64,000 nucleotides of DNA, from assembly GCF_003918875.1 (NCBI RefSeq), contig NW_025765214.1, positions 1,860,001 through 1,924,000 of the forward strand. The letters are read 5' to 3'. The notes under the pieces are model-generated. The model was not told the origin of the DNA, made no database searches, and saw nothing but the letters and a program-made list of their open reading frames with translations. Each line of letters begins with the position of its first letter. Position 1 is the stretch's first letter. Positions 38,401 to 48,733 of this stretch are shown here, one piece after another. The stretch is from Haliotis rubra. Its lineage: Eukaryota. A program made the translations under genes and the position numbers.

Positions 38401-41400
38401 GTGTACTGTAGTGTAGTGAGGGTGTAGTGTAGTGTAGTGTAGTGTAGTGTAGTGTAGTGAGGTGTAGTGTAGTGTAGTGAGGTGTAGTGTAGTGTAGTTT
38501 GGACAAACACCAAATAAAAATGCAAGCATAACATCATCTACATAACAAGTTTCTACATTCAGAATGCTGAGTGGTGTAGTGAGGTATTTTGTAGTGTAGT
38601 GTCTTGTTTGGTTGTGTAGCGTAGTGTTGTGTTGTGTAGTGTAGTGTTTTGTTGTGTGGTCTTGTAAGGAACTGAAGGATGAGTGTAGTGTAGTGTAGTG
38701 TAGTGTAGTGTTTTGTTGTGTAGTTTAGTGTTTTGTTGTGCAGTGTAGTATTGTGTAGTGTAAAGTACTGTTTTGTTGTGTGGTCTTGTAAGGAACTGAA
38801 GGATGAGTGTAGTGTAGTGTAGTGTAGTGTAGTGCAGTGTTGTGTAGTGTAGTGAGGTGTAGTGTAGTGAGGCGTAGTGTAGTGTCATGAGGTGTAGTGT
38901 AGTGTAGTATAGTGTAGTGTAGTGTAGTGTAGTGCAGTGTCCTGTATGAGTGTAGTGTAGTGTGGTGTAGTGTGGTGTAGTGTAGTGAGGTGTAGTGTAG
39001 TGTAGTGTAGTGAGGGGTTTTGTTGTGCAGTGTAGTATTGTGTAGTGTAGCGTAGTGTTTTGTTGTGTGGTCTTGTAANNNNNNNNNNNNNNNNNNNNNN
39101 NNNNNNNNNNNNNNNNNNNNNNNNNNNNNNNNNNNNNNNNNNNNNNNNNNNNNNNNNNNNNNNNNNNNNNNNNNNNNNNNNNNNNNNNNNNNNNNNNNNN
39201 NNNNNNNNNNNNNNNNNNNNNNNNNNNNNNNNNNNNNNNNNNNNNNNNNNNNNNNNNNNNNNNNNNNNNNNNNNNNNNNNNNNNNNNNNNNNNNNNNNNN
39301 NNNNNNNNNNNNNNNNNNNNNNNNNNNNNNNNNNNNNNNNNNNNNNNNNNNNNNNNNNNNNNNNNNNNNNNNNNNNNNNNNNNNNNNNNNNNNNNNNNNN
39401 NNNNNNNNNNNNNNNNNNNNNNNNNNNNNNNNNNNNNNNNNNNNNNNNNNNNNNNNNNNNNNNNNNNNNNNNNNNNNNNNNNNNNNNNNNNNNNNNNNNN
39501 NNNNNNNNNNNNNNNNNNNNNNNNNNNNNNNNNNNNNNNNNNNNNNNNNNNNNNNNNNNNNNNNNNNNNNNNNNNNNNNNNNNNNNNNNNNNNNNNNNNN
39601 NNNNNNNNNNNNNNNNNNNNNNNNNNNNNNNNNNNNNNNNNNNNNNNNNNNNNNNNNNNNNNNNNNNNNNNNNNNNNNNNNNNNNNNNNNNNNNNNNNNN
39701 NNNNNNNNNNNNNNNNNNNNNNNNNNNNNNNNNNNNNNNNNNNNNNNNNNNNNNNNNNNNNNNNNNNNNNNNNNNNNNNNNNNNNNNNNNNNNNNNNNNN
39801 NNNNNNNNNNNNNNNNNNNNNNNNNNNNNNNNNNNNNNNNNNNNNNNNNNNNNNNNNNNNNNNNNNNNNNNNNNNNNNNNNNNNNNNNNNNNNNNNNNNN
39901 NNNNNNNNNNNNNNNNNNTGTAGTGTGTGANNNNNNNNNNNNNNNNNNNNNNNNNNNNNNNNNNNNNNNNNNNNNNNNNNNNNNNNNNNNNNNNNNNNNN
40001 NNNNNNNNNNNNNNNNNNNNNNNNNNNNNNNNNNNNNNNNNNNNNNNNNNNNNNNNNNNNNNNNNNNNNNNNNNNNNNNNNNNNNNNNNNNNNNNNNNNG
40101 TGTAGTGTAGTGTAAGGTAGTGAGGTGTAGTGTAGTGTAGTGTAAGTGTAGTGTAGTGTAGTGTATTGTAGTGTAGTGTGTGTAGTGTAGTGTCTTTATA
40201 GTGTAGTGTAGTGTGAGTGTAGTGTAGTGTAGTGTAGTGTGAGTAGTGTAGTGTAGTGTAGTGAGTGTAGTGTAGTGTAGTGAGTGTAGTGTAGTGTGAG
40301 TGAGGTGTAGTGTGTAGTGTGAGTGTAGTGTAGTGTAGTGTAGTGTGAGTAGTAGTGTAGTGTAGTGTAGTGTAGTGTGGTGTAGAGTGTAGTGTAGTGT
40401 AGTGTCCTGTAGTGTAGTGTAGTGTAGTGTGTAGTGTAGTGTAGTGTCTTGTANNNNNNNNNNNNNNNNNNNNNNNNNNNNNNNNNNNNNNNNNNNNNNN
40501 NNNNNNNNNNNNNNNNNNNNNNNNNNNNNNNNNNNNNNNNNNNNNNNNNNNNNNNNNNNNNNNNNNNNNNNNNNNNNNNNNNNNNNNNNNNNNNNNNNNN
40601 NNNNNNNNNNNNNNNNNNNTGTAGTGTCTTGTAGTGTAGTGTAGTGTAGGATTACACACTCACGCTAACTGCTAGATTTGTAACCCTGATACACATACTT
40701 TAAATGAACAGTATACATTCATTGATACGTTGATACAGTGATTTATCAAGCTAAATATGCAATGAATACTTGTGCTGGTCAAAACGCCTTTATGCACATT
40801 AGATCTTACTCCATCCAACTATACGGACACACGCGCAAGCACACGCACTGAAGAACGCAGGCACACGTACGTGCAAGGTATGTTTTCATTGAAGAATAAC
40901 TCTCTCGCTCCTATTTCCAGGTATGGGTTTTGTGAGTATGTTTTAGCAAGCCGATTGGCCAAACATCATTTACATCATTTTATATGTAGCATAGTTACAG
41001 CGGCGGATTTATATATTGGAACAGCGGCGGTTGAGCTTTTGTGTGGTGTGAACCAATGGTGTGGTGTGGTGTGTGGTGTGGTGTGGTGTGGTGTGTGGTG
41101 TGGTGTGGTGTGAGAAAGGAGGGTGTTGTGTGGTGGTGTTGTGTGTGGTGTTGTGGTGTTGTGTGGTGTTGTGTTGTTGTGTGTGGTGTGTGTGGTGTGG
41201 TGGTGTGGTGTGGTGTGTGGTGTGGTGTGGTAATATTCACCCGTTATCCCGAGTGTTTCAATGGCCATTTGATAAACTTTAAACACACACACACACGCAC
41301 AGACAGACAGACAGACAGACAGAACCCCAACAACAAAACACACATACACAAAACACAACACAACCACACACACAATCACAACACAACCAAAAGTCAAAAA

Positions 41401-44068
41401 AGACACAAGGGCGTTTTATTGTCTCAACCACACACACAAAAAATACATAAATACACTGGTTGAGAATATACCGATTAGTAGATACAATGGAAAAGATGTG
41501 GATAACATCAGGAGGACGTTTTAGAGTAAGGTATATCTGAAATCCCATTCAACAAGTTATTTCTTAGGTCCATTCCATGTTTTACAAAGAGAGATAATCT
41601 AAATATTACATCGGCATCATTCGATGGCAAAATACAAACAAACCCTATTCTCCTCAACTTAGATGAGAAAGGTTCTGGTATATATTTAGTTCGTATTTCT
41701 GCACAATAAGGACATTCAAAGGTAAAATGTATTTCGTCTTCTATAGCAGAGTTACATAATGGACAAATTCTTTGTATTCTTTCAAGTGATATATTCCGTC
41801 CATAATTAATCATTAGTTTTGACAAGCCAAGTCTGTATTTAATATATATATTTCTTAAGTTACTATTTGTTCAAAACTAATAAAATATTTCTCCGGACTC
41901 TAATAAAGTTTTAAACGTTTTGTACAGATTATAACGTGAACTGTTTTCTAAGTTGGATTGCCAACCTTGATAGAACATATTTATTGCTACTTTATGAAAA
42001 TCATTTAGAAATAGATATAGATCGTAAACAGATTGATTAAACCATACAAACCCATATCCATGTGAGAATAATAGTGTCCTTATATGCGATACCCAAGTAA
42101 CCTTACCGATACTATCAAGATGAAAGAGCATGTTATACGTTATTTTCGGGCTGAGTCGATGATATTTAAACCAATATTTTAAACACTTTATTTGCGAATT
42201 AATGTAAATTCTCCCAAACACCCCCTTTTGTGTCGTCAACTAAACATGATTTCAGGAATAAATTCATTTTGTCTGCAGGAATAAATTCTTTCTCTTCCTA
42301 AGGAATCTATTGCAGGAGGTGTTTGAAGCTGATTATTCACTAGTGATGGCATATTGAGTGTGCATCATCTGACATATCCCTCTTACGTCAGGTCCATCGC
42401 TCTAATGATTCGTCATTCCTTTACGAATACATGAATATACTGTAAAATACCAATCAATATACGAATGTATCGTACAGATCGGCAAATTACATTCTGCTGT
42501 GTAAGCCTGATAGGTTTGTTGATGATTGATGGCAATATATTGGAGCATGTGTTTCTTTCCCTACATCTCATGAATGAAATTGTATATGCAATTCAAGAAA
42601 TGAAAACAATTTATTCCATTAATCAAATCCAAACTCATATAATGTTCATGAATTCTGAGTTGCGTTTTTATTGCTGGTCAGTATATGTCCAATATAGAAG
42701 CTTATTAGTGGTTATCAAGTTCTATATATTGCGTCGGCAATATTGCCATATAGGTGAGTTATCTTTCATATATTTCCAAGGATTGTTGCTTTCATTTACA
42801 TTAACTGAATAGATATGTGATGAATATGCATTTGCCGAAAAATACATTAATGATCAAAACGTGACTTGTAAATATTATTTCACTAGGGGTTGAGATAATT
42901 ATTATTATAAAAACACAACTTAAAAACACCCAGTGTATTTCATATGAGGATACTATAATTAGTAAACATGTGAATATCACTCACATCTATACCACTCACA
43001 CACAATCCAGTTGGGGGCGGTGGGGTAGCCTAGTGGTTAAAGCGTTGGCTCGTCACGCCGAAGACCCGGGTTCGAATCCCCACATTGGTACTATGTGTGA
43101 AGCCCTTTTGAGTTGCCGTGATGTTGCTGGAATATTGCTAAAAGCGGCGTAAAACCAAACTCAGAGTGGTAACACCCTAGTGTATATTGTCTGAGGTATT
43201 TCAATCAGGAGTTGATTTGATATTCTACAATAATCAGGGTGAGTTGATCCTACGGGAATTCATTCAGAAGGAAGGGTTTGATCCTGAGAGGAGAGTGACT
43301 TCATCCTAGGATAATTTCACTCTAGAGTGTATCAGGTCATTCCTTGTTGATTTTATCCTGGACAGGGTCACAGGAGAATGAAATTTAGGGGAGTTATTTC
43401 ATCCTAGGATAATTTCACTCTAAAGAACCAGTGACGATCCAGGTTAGATGTGGTTTTCAGTGAACCATGTTTGTTGTAAGAGGCGACTAATGGGATCGGG
43501 TGGTCAGGCTCGCTGACTTGGTTGACATATGTCATCGTATCCCAACTGCTTAGAACGATGGTCATGAGGTTGATCACTGGATTGTCTGGCCCAGACTCGA
43601 TAATTTACAGACCGCCGCCATATAGCTGGAATATTGCTGAGCGGCGTAAGACTCAACTCACTCACTCAGTCTAAAGAGTACCAGGTCATACCGTTGTGAT
43701 TCTGTCCTGATCACATGAGAATGACATTTAGTGGGGGTGATTTCCCTGCCACACGGGTCATTATTAAGTAAGTCAAAAGTTAAAACAGACAAGGAAGTAT
43801 ATATCTGGTTTCCGGCGACATTATGGTTACCAAAGTTGAAAATTCGACAGAAGATGATACACCTAGATAGTATAATAGCATCTACGTACATACAAATATC
43901 ATACATGTAGATGAAAGAATAGCCAACGTTGATAGAAGTATGTTCTACGTACATGATAACCCTTTCAGACTGTAATACTAATACGCTTCTAGGGAGTGGC
44001 GACCGGATCTTACCTTGTTTATCTAGCATCAAGAACAATGCCGCGAACAGCATCCACAGTTGGTCCAT
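12983..44068 (-). CDS. Receptor-type protein tyrosine phosphatase gene (signal peptide - ShKT - multiple EGF/laminin-EGF-like repeats - TM - PTP D1 - PTP D2), multi-exon, ~1,500 aa; last exon not securely found
   Basis: 21 exons in order on the minus strand; GT-AG boundaries and phases are consistent except two lesions (a +1 frameshift near 32890 and a garbled exon at 25589-25711). PTP motifs appear twice in order: D1 KNIY, DYINAS, ASQGP, DFW, YWP, WPDRG, VHCSDGVGRTG, VQTLEQY; D2 KNRF, DYINAV, TQTP, DFWRM, YWP, WPQG, VHCWNGVDRSG. Confidence 0.9.
14227..14381 (-). CDS. RPTP D2 exon (WPQ loop to VHC)
   Basis: 155 nt; TLQPRNIKLFQCHCWPQGQTTPVSSLPLLAMMEAVEVWREATGFKPVTVHC. Confidence 0.92.
14797..14947 (+). 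mobile_element. SINE family D (tRNA head with long variable arm)
   Basis: Related copies at 29722-29883, 35760-35910 (-) and 55120-55251 (-) share the AAAGTACTAGAATC...AAAGTGTAATCCCA tail. Confidence 0.75.
15404..15575 (+). mobile_element. SINE family A inserted in exon-array copy 8
   Basis: 11-bp TSD CAGTCCTGGGG (15393-15403 and 15576-15586). Confidence 0.93.
16532..16669 (-). CDS. RPTP D2 exon (YYWP), first copy of the tandem array
   Basis: 138 nt, phase 0-0; the only copy with a pyrimidine-rich acceptor (ctctgttccag). Confidence 0.88.
17366..17500 (-). CDS. RPTP D2 exon (TQTP...DFWRM)
   Basis: 135 nt; GYRSPMDFLLTQTPLTDTVLDFWRMVIQTDSQTIVMLNDDNDDAM. Confidence 0.93.
17591..17722 (+). mobile_element. 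SINE family A, diverged
   Basis: Head/B box and tail match other copies. Confidence 0.75.
18210..20645 (+). mobile_element. Long-TIR (~250 bp) IS630/Tc1/mariner-like element hosting the nested Tc1; truncated transposase N-terminus at 20056-20345
   Basis: 18210-18462 is the reverse complement of 20388-20645, with TA on both sides; internal MKAYSDDAKRLIRNVLNFF*KE...RTTFALG...KGRHPKLDSFDIRVIR resembles an HTH-type transposase N-terminus. Confidence 0.85.
18542..20044 (+). mobile_element. Second Tc1-family (DD34E-type) transposon, frameshifted
   Basis: TIRs TACTAG..CATAAAGAAACTGTGCAT, TA TSD. Transposase pieces 18839-19045, 19048-19605 and 19544-19843 carry MPRL..., GRPRVT, VFTDES, QQDNA, SPIEHVW. 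Confidence 0.95.
21070..21143 (-). CDS. RPTP D2 exon (DYINAV)
   Basis: CDSHRPVLSSTLDGTDYINAVYLP|gtaggt. Confidence 0.92.
21979..22290 (-). mobile_element. 312-bp internal-deletion derivative (MITE-like) of the Tc1 at 11450-12956
   Basis: Same TIRs, TA TSD; ~60 bp of one end joined directly to ~250 bp of the other. Confidence 0.93.
22598..22697 (-). CDS. RPTP D2 exon (KNRF)
   Basis: NLQLMKPPYRLRDYRTALLPENASKNRFMDILA; phase 0-1. Confidence 0.9.
23001..23150 (-). CDS. RPTP D1/D2 linker exon
   Basis: 150 nt; EQYEFLHNALIEALMAGGTTVSTSDFKTSYDNLLQDNPETGVSRLKEQFE. Confidence 0.93.
23540..23783 (+). mobile_element. SINE-like family B
   Basis: Near full-length match to the family B consensus. Confidence 0.9.
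24033..24168 (-). CDS. RPTP D1 exon (P-loop and Q-loop)
   Basis: 136 nt; SDGVGRTGTFLALWNLIDEAKTSDTVDPYSCIKRMRHERVNMVQTL. Confidence 0.95.
24834..24994 (-). CDS. RPTP D1 exon (WPD loop to VHC)
   Basis: RIVKHFQFAFWPDRGIPTDVASLVEFYFKVRNTPTHGQGPMVVHCS; phase 0-2. Confidence 0.95.
25140..25274 (-). CDS. RPTP D1 exon (YWP)
   Basis: 135 nt, phase 0-0; GKGVRYWPEHGSGADRHGNIEIECSSEEALVHCTMRTFKMCKILQ; acceptor abuts a (GAT)n tract. Confidence 0.75.
25277..25330. repeat. (CAT)n microsatellite abutting a PTP exon acceptor
   Basis: Direct reading. Confidence 0.95.
25589..25711 (-). CDS. RPTP D1 exon (GP...DFW...), 3' half garbled
   Basis: GPMNRTVGDFWLMIFQLRTS then an in-frame TGA; fragments of the expected KIVMLTNxxEGG are interleaved with short duplicated sequence. 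Confidence 0.7.
25802..25838 (-). CDS. RPTP D1 37-nt exon (FVASQG)
   Basis: GVDAPNKFVASQG; cag acceptor, gtaatt donor. Confidence 0.88.
25866..26120. mobile_element. Penelope-like inverted-repeat element with minimal hammerhead-like core
   Basis: Inverted arms 25897-25981 and 26040-26118; CTGATGA-AGGAGC aagaatta GCTCT-GAAACGTC at 26040-26073. Confidence 0.6.
26931..27007 (-). CDS. RPTP D1 exon (DYINAS)
   Basis: 77 nt; YDQTRVVLELNEDHSPSDYINASFVS|gtgagt. Confidence 0.92.
27578..27665 (-). CDS. RPTP D1 exon (KNRY-equivalent KNIY)
   Basis: 88 nt; KLPSGLLHDCYAAMEKENRLKNIYNDVFA|gtaagt. Confidence 0.88.
29047..29240 (-). CDS. RPTP exon 7, juxtamembrane/wedge
   Basis: Pyrimidine tract plus tag acceptor; ...TDREYYNVPLVTRVMTSTLLYHVKQLRKHGGFQKQFN|gtgagt. 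Confidence 0.85.
29512..29624 (-). CDS. RPTP exon 6, juxtamembrane
   Basis: Phase 2-1; KMKGTLRRFVTASERDEDGYEMISGYPSAGTISDYQE. Confidence 0.75.
30082..30236 (+). mobile_element. SINE family A
   Basis: B box GGTTCGATTCCCC and GAAGCCCATTTCTGGTGTCCCCC core. Confidence 0.85.
30546..30669 (-). CDS. RPTP exon 5, transmembrane helix
   Basis: ...GPDALTIILAVVAILLVAVLLVIAFLVYKR; ttcag acceptor, gtgaag donor. Confidence 0.9.
31042..31289 (-). mobile_element. SINE-like family B
   Basis: Near full-length; ATCTTGAG repeated on both flanks. Confidence 0.9.
31401..31541 (-). CDS. RPTP exon 4, EGF-like repeat
   Basis: 141 nt, phase 1-1: ACPYGRYGYNCSGTCGYCRGNPSCDSIHGNCSMGCADGYGGSFCSDR. Confidence 0.9.
32160..34260 (-). 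CDS. RPTP exon 3, large EGF/laminin-EGF-like repeat exon (MEGF10/SCARF-like), with one frameshift
   Basis: ORFs 32870-34321 and 32119-33198 overlap; repeated CxxGxxGxxC units. The exon is 2101 nt (3n+1), consistent with one extra base near 32890. Confidence 0.9.
34849..34962. mobile_element. Small Tc1/mariner-type MITE
   Basis: TACTGGACAAAATAAGTTAGGGATAT ... ATATCCCTAATTATTTTTGTCTAGTA, flanked by TA. Confidence 0.75.
35386..35440. repeat. (GT)n microsatellite
   Basis: Direct reading. Confidence 0.95.
36162..36305 (-). CDS. RPTP exon 2, ShKT-like domain
   Basis: 144 nt, phase 1-1; VLAVSPCEDTANWVSYCGDNARTICSYPLSASSNAYIHCKKTCKICES has six Cys with the C-x-D start and CKKTCxxC end typical of ShKT. 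Confidence 0.8.
36903..36975 (-). pseudogene. tRNA-Arg(TCG)-like degenerate sequence (tRNA pseudogene or SINE head)
   Basis: TGGACAAGGCGTCCGACTTCGGAGTTGAAGGTCCGTGGTTCGAATCCCAGC; anticodon loop and T loop present, acceptor stem does not pair. Confidence 0.55.
37591..40650. repeat. (GTAGT)n satellite with interspersed duplicated blocks and assembly gaps
   Basis: Long GTAGT runs; the block TTGGACAAACACCAAATAAAAATGC occurs near 37976 and 38499. Confidence 0.95.
41040..41230. repeat. (GTGTG/TGG)n simple repeat
   Basis: Direct reading. Confidence 0.9.
41508..42239 (-). mobile_element. LINE ORF2 3' fragment with CCHC zinc knuckle
   Basis: KLMINYGR...RICPLCNSAIEDEIHFTFECPY..IRTKY, preceded by a degraded ORF2 C-terminal region; clade uncertain (RTE-X/Proto2-like motif). 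Confidence 0.75.
43013..43163 (+). mobile_element. SINE family A
   Basis: Matches the family consensus. Confidence 0.85.
44014..44068 (-). CDS. RPTP exon 1, signal peptide (MDQLWMLFAALFLMLDKQ)
   Basis: ATG at 44068, hydrophobic core, donor AG|gtaaga; phase 1 joins in frame to the ShKT exon. Confidence 0.7.
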
Positions 44069-44461
44069 TGGTAATCGAAGTGATCAATATGATCCTATAC
44101 CTGTAGGGAGATTGCACGCGGTGATGGTGCACTGAAATACCAACACAGGAAGCGAACACCCGAAAGTGATCACGTCATCCGAAAGGAAACGTTCGTTCAG
44201 TTTCGGTTCTGTTAGTCATACCTTTGAAAAGTCTAATGTTTAACCCATGCACTGAACTCATGAGCCCTATTTCTCTATTGTTCTTTATATAAGAGGCGAA
44301 GGCGGTAGCGTAGTAGTTCGCTAATCGAACCGAGGTCCTGGGTTCGATTCCTTAGGTTCCTTATGTGCGAAAGCCATGTCTGGTGTCACTCACGATGATG
44401 CTCTCGCGATGTTTCGTCACTTGCAAGCTAGTTGAGTGTATCACCTGGTGTACAGTATAAT

Positions 44462-44826
44462 AGTGAATGAGCGAGTGAATGAGTTTAAGTTTACGCCGCA
44501 TTTAGCAATGTTGCACCAATATCACGGCGGGGTACAAAAGAAATGGGGCTTCACAGATTATATCCGTGTGGGGAATCGAACCCGGGTGTTCGACTTGACA
44601 AGCGAACGCTTTAACCACTAGGCTACCCCACTGCCGTACAAAGGTATAATAACATTAATACTTTGAGTGAGTGAGTTGGGTTTTACGCCGCTTTTTGCAA
44701 TATTCCAGCAATATCACGGCGGGGAGACCAGAAATGGGCTTCACACATTGTGCCCATGTTGGGAATCGAACCTGGGTCTTCGGCGTGACGAGCGAATGCT
44801 TTAACCACTAGGCTACCGCACCGCCC
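44462..44826 (-). mobile_element. Two adjacent SINE family A copies (44462-44635, 44665-44826)
   Basis: Match the consensus; second copy flanked by ACATTAA(T/C)ACTTTGA. Confidence 0.85.
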
Positions 44827-46725
44827 ACATTAACACTTTGATGGAGACTGCTACACACAATAACACATTAGCCGTCCCAGTCAATTGCGTGTGTGATCGT
44901 AGTCATCCTCTTGTGTCCAGTGTCATGTCAATGGTAAAACTACATATGGCTATGAACAATGAGTGAGTAAACAGTAAACATTTACGAACACTTACACCAT
45001 CAGGCTACCCAACAACACTCCTCCCCAACCCCAGCCCCCAAGAACAATGACTTCAATAACACAACATTGTTCTATTTAACACATTTACGGTGTAGCATAA
45101 TTTGGTGGAGACCTATTCGAACCCAATATCCCTCAGACTTATAAATAAAATACAGTTCGTTTTCACATGAATACGTTGTTTGAAATAAGAGACAATAAAT
45201 TGAGGTATATACCTGGTTTTCTGTTAAGCTGATCAATGTGTGAAGCCCATTTCTCGCGGCGTAAAACTAAACTCACTCACTGTTATGCTGATCCTGGTTG
45301 CATCAGGTTTGCGTCCTGGCTAAGGAGTGTCAATAGTGTACTCGTATAGACATCTTTTAAGTATATTCATTGCGTTAGGTCTTTGAAAACAAACCCATTT
45401 CAAACCCAATCGAGGTTGGGGCAATCAGATAATCTAGACATTAACTGAAAAATGATTAATTTGTAACTGTATAGAAAGTATGAGTGTCTTTGGCACAATT
45501 CTGATATTCCTCGCTCGATTTGTATCTTGAGATTGAGCAATATTACATTCCACGTGCAAAGATAAAATAATAAACGCATGGCGTTTCCTTCCAGAGTATC
45601 AAGAAGGTGCACTGTAGTGAGAGCTGCATCTACCTTATTACAATAGTGATCCGACAGTATTTGTGTATGTTGCACTGTGACTTCATCATCAATATATACC
45701 CATGGAATCGAATAAGGGAACACATGAAAGTACAAGTGTTCCTTTATTCTTTTCCAGATTTCTTCACAAGGTATGTATTGCACCGTGGGTGAAATTCTGG
45801 AAATAAAGGAACATTTGTACTTTCATGTGTTCCCTTATTTGTTTCCATGAGTATATGTCATAATACAATGAAGATAAAACTGAAACATGCTCTGTGATTA
45901 TTGCGTGAATTTCTTTATGTGCTACTGTACACTGGTGAAGGTTGTCTCTCGTTATGCATGTCTCTATATCGAATATCGTATGTACTTTAAGCCTCTGTGT
46001 TGTCCCTTCAGTACCAACGAAGGCTGACTGACTAATATCTATAACAACCTCTTTTACTTCGCGACGTTTGGATTCAGATTGTTGTAAAGTTGTCAAGCAG
46101 GAATGGAACATTAGTCTGTATAGAAACCTTCTCGCGAAATAAAAGAACTTGTCATCCAAAATGTTTGTCAATATTCTACTTCCCAGTTAAAATGCCACTC
46201 AAAAAATTGAGTAATATCTAATCTGGCAGCATAATACAAAAAACACATTGTCTTTCAACACCATAATTTGATTACAGCTGCAAGTTATTTTATAATAGAG
46301 AAGAGACAACACCTGTTCCTTAAGGATACCAGTGCAATATACGTATTGTTTATTGTGAGCTCAGGACATGAAATGTCCCTCATATAGTTTGTTCCGATAT
46401 GGTCTCTGGTTGGTAACAGACAAGCCATATTACCATGATAACCAATATAAAACACAAACGCTCGTGATAATAAATATACAAGTTTAATGGCACTCAGAAT
46501 TCGTTTTAAATAATAACAAAATATTCCAAAGCACCTGTTACAGCAGAAAGACAAAGAGAGTTGAGCTGAGATGAGAACCAGATGAGCTTGTTAATACAAG
46601 CTAGGGGAGAGGGAAGGTGGGTGGATATGTTCTGGAAGTAAGTATTCCTGGTTTGACTGAAGTTTGGGGAAGTGTGTTGGGTAACAACTCTTTGAACAGT
46701 GAGTGAGTTTAGTTTTATGCCACAC

Positions 46726-48733
46726 TATTCCAGCAATATGGTGGCGGTCTGTAAATAATCGAATCTGGATCAGACAATCCAGTGATGAACAGCATGAGCA
46801 TTGATCTACGCAATTGGGATACAATGACATGTGTCAACCAAGTTAGCGAGCCTGACCACCAGATCCCGTTAATTGCCTCTTATCACAGGCATGGGTTACT
46901 GAAGATCAATTCAAACCCAGATCTTCGCGGGTCACTTTGATCAGTGTTACAGTTTTATCAAGGTGAGAGAGCTTGAAGTTGGGCTACACTTAGCTAATTT
47001 GAGTGAGTGAGTTAGTTTAACAAGTGATACTTCATGCTGGAGGATAGACTCAAGTGATGTATGTCCTCTGTATGGGTATACTGCTGACAAACACAGGAAC
47101 CTACCCTATTTGACAAGCCAGGATCTGGACACATAATCACAGGTTTCTGTCCAAGGGATGTAACTCTGTCTAACAAACTGCAGCTTCAGACGAGTGGGCC
47201 GTCCATGCCAGGGTTTGGTTTAAGGCTGCAATGAACACTATTTCAGCCATAACATATCATATGATCTTGATGGTGGACGAAAGCTGAAGAGATGATTTCT
47301 TAGAAATGTATTAATTTGGAGAAACCAAAAGGTGCAGACCAGCCTAGAAACTTCAGGGCAAATCTTGGATTCAAACCCACAATCATAGGATTCTGGCAAG
47401 CCAAAGGGACATAATTCGGCACAGCTAATAGTAGCACCCTCTGTGACTGGTACAGGACGTGTGAATAGAGCAGTTTAAACACCTCTAATCTTCTCTGTGA
47501 GACAACCTTACACAACTCAGCCCTCTGTGAGTGGTACAGGACGTGTGTATAGAGCAGTTTAAACACCTCTAATGTTCTCTGTGAGACAACCTTACACAAC
47601 TGAGCCCTCTGTGACTGGTACAGGACATGTGTATAGAGCAGTTTAAACACCTCTAATCTTCTCTGTGAGACAACCTTACACAACTGAGCCCTCTGTGACT
47701 GGTACAGGACATGTGTATCATCCGAATAGTGAGTAGGTTTTATTTTACGCTGCAAGATCAGCAATATTCCAGCAATATGGTGGCGGTCTGTAAATAATCG
47801 AATCTGGATCAGACAATCCAGTGATGAACAGCATGAGCATTGATCTACGCAATTGGGATACAATGACATGTGTCAACCAAGTTAGCGAGCCTGACCACCA
47901 GATCCCGTTAATTGCCTCTTATCACAGGCATGGGTTACTGAAGATCAATTCAAACCCAGATCTTCGCGGGTCACTTTGATCAGTGTTACAGTTTTATCAA
48001 GGTGAGAGCTTGAAGTTGGGCTACACTTAGCTAATTTGAGTGAGTGAGTTAGTTTAACAAGTGATACTTCATGCTGGAGGATAGACTCAAGTGATGTATG
48101 TCCTCTGTATGGGTATACTGCTGACAAACACAGGAACCTACCCTATTTGACAAGCCAGGATCTGGACACATAATCACAGGTTTCTGTCCAAGGGATGTAA
48201 CTCTGTCTAACAAACTGCAGCTTCAGACGAGTGGGCCGTCAATGCCAGGGTTTGGTTTAAGGCTGCAATGAACACTATTTCAGCCATAATATATCATATG
48301 ATCTTGATGGTGGACGAAAGCTGAAGAGATGATTTCTTAGAAATTTATTAATTTGGAGAAACCAAAAGGTGCAGACCAGACTAGAAACTTCAGGGCAAAT
48401 CTTGGATTCAAACCCACAATCATAGGATTCTGGCAAGCCAAAGGGAGATAATTCGGCACAGCTAATAGTAGCACCCTCTGCTAATGTAGCACCCTCTGTG
48501 ACTGGTACAGGACGTGTGTATAGAGCAGTTTAAACACCTCTAATCTTCTCTGTGAGACAACCTTACACAACTCAGCCCTCTGTGACTGGTACAGGACGTG
48601 TGTATAGAGCAGTTTAAACACCTCTAATCTTCTCTGTGAGACAACCTTACACAACTGAGCCCTCTGTGACTGGTACAGGACATGTGTATCATCCGAATAG
48701 TGAGTAGGTTTAATTTTACGCTGCGATCAGCAA
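46726..48733. repeat. ~1-kb tandem segmental duplication bounded by family B SINEs, containing an 84-bp minisatellite
   Basis: Unit 1 is 46726-47764 and unit 2 is 47765-48733, near-identical; 84-bp repeats start at 47437, 47521, 47605, 47689. Confidence 0.95.

Noticed and set aside
47300-47869. 189-aa ORF with internal repeats
   Set aside because: A SINE fused to an 84-bp (3n) minisatellite; no coding evidence.
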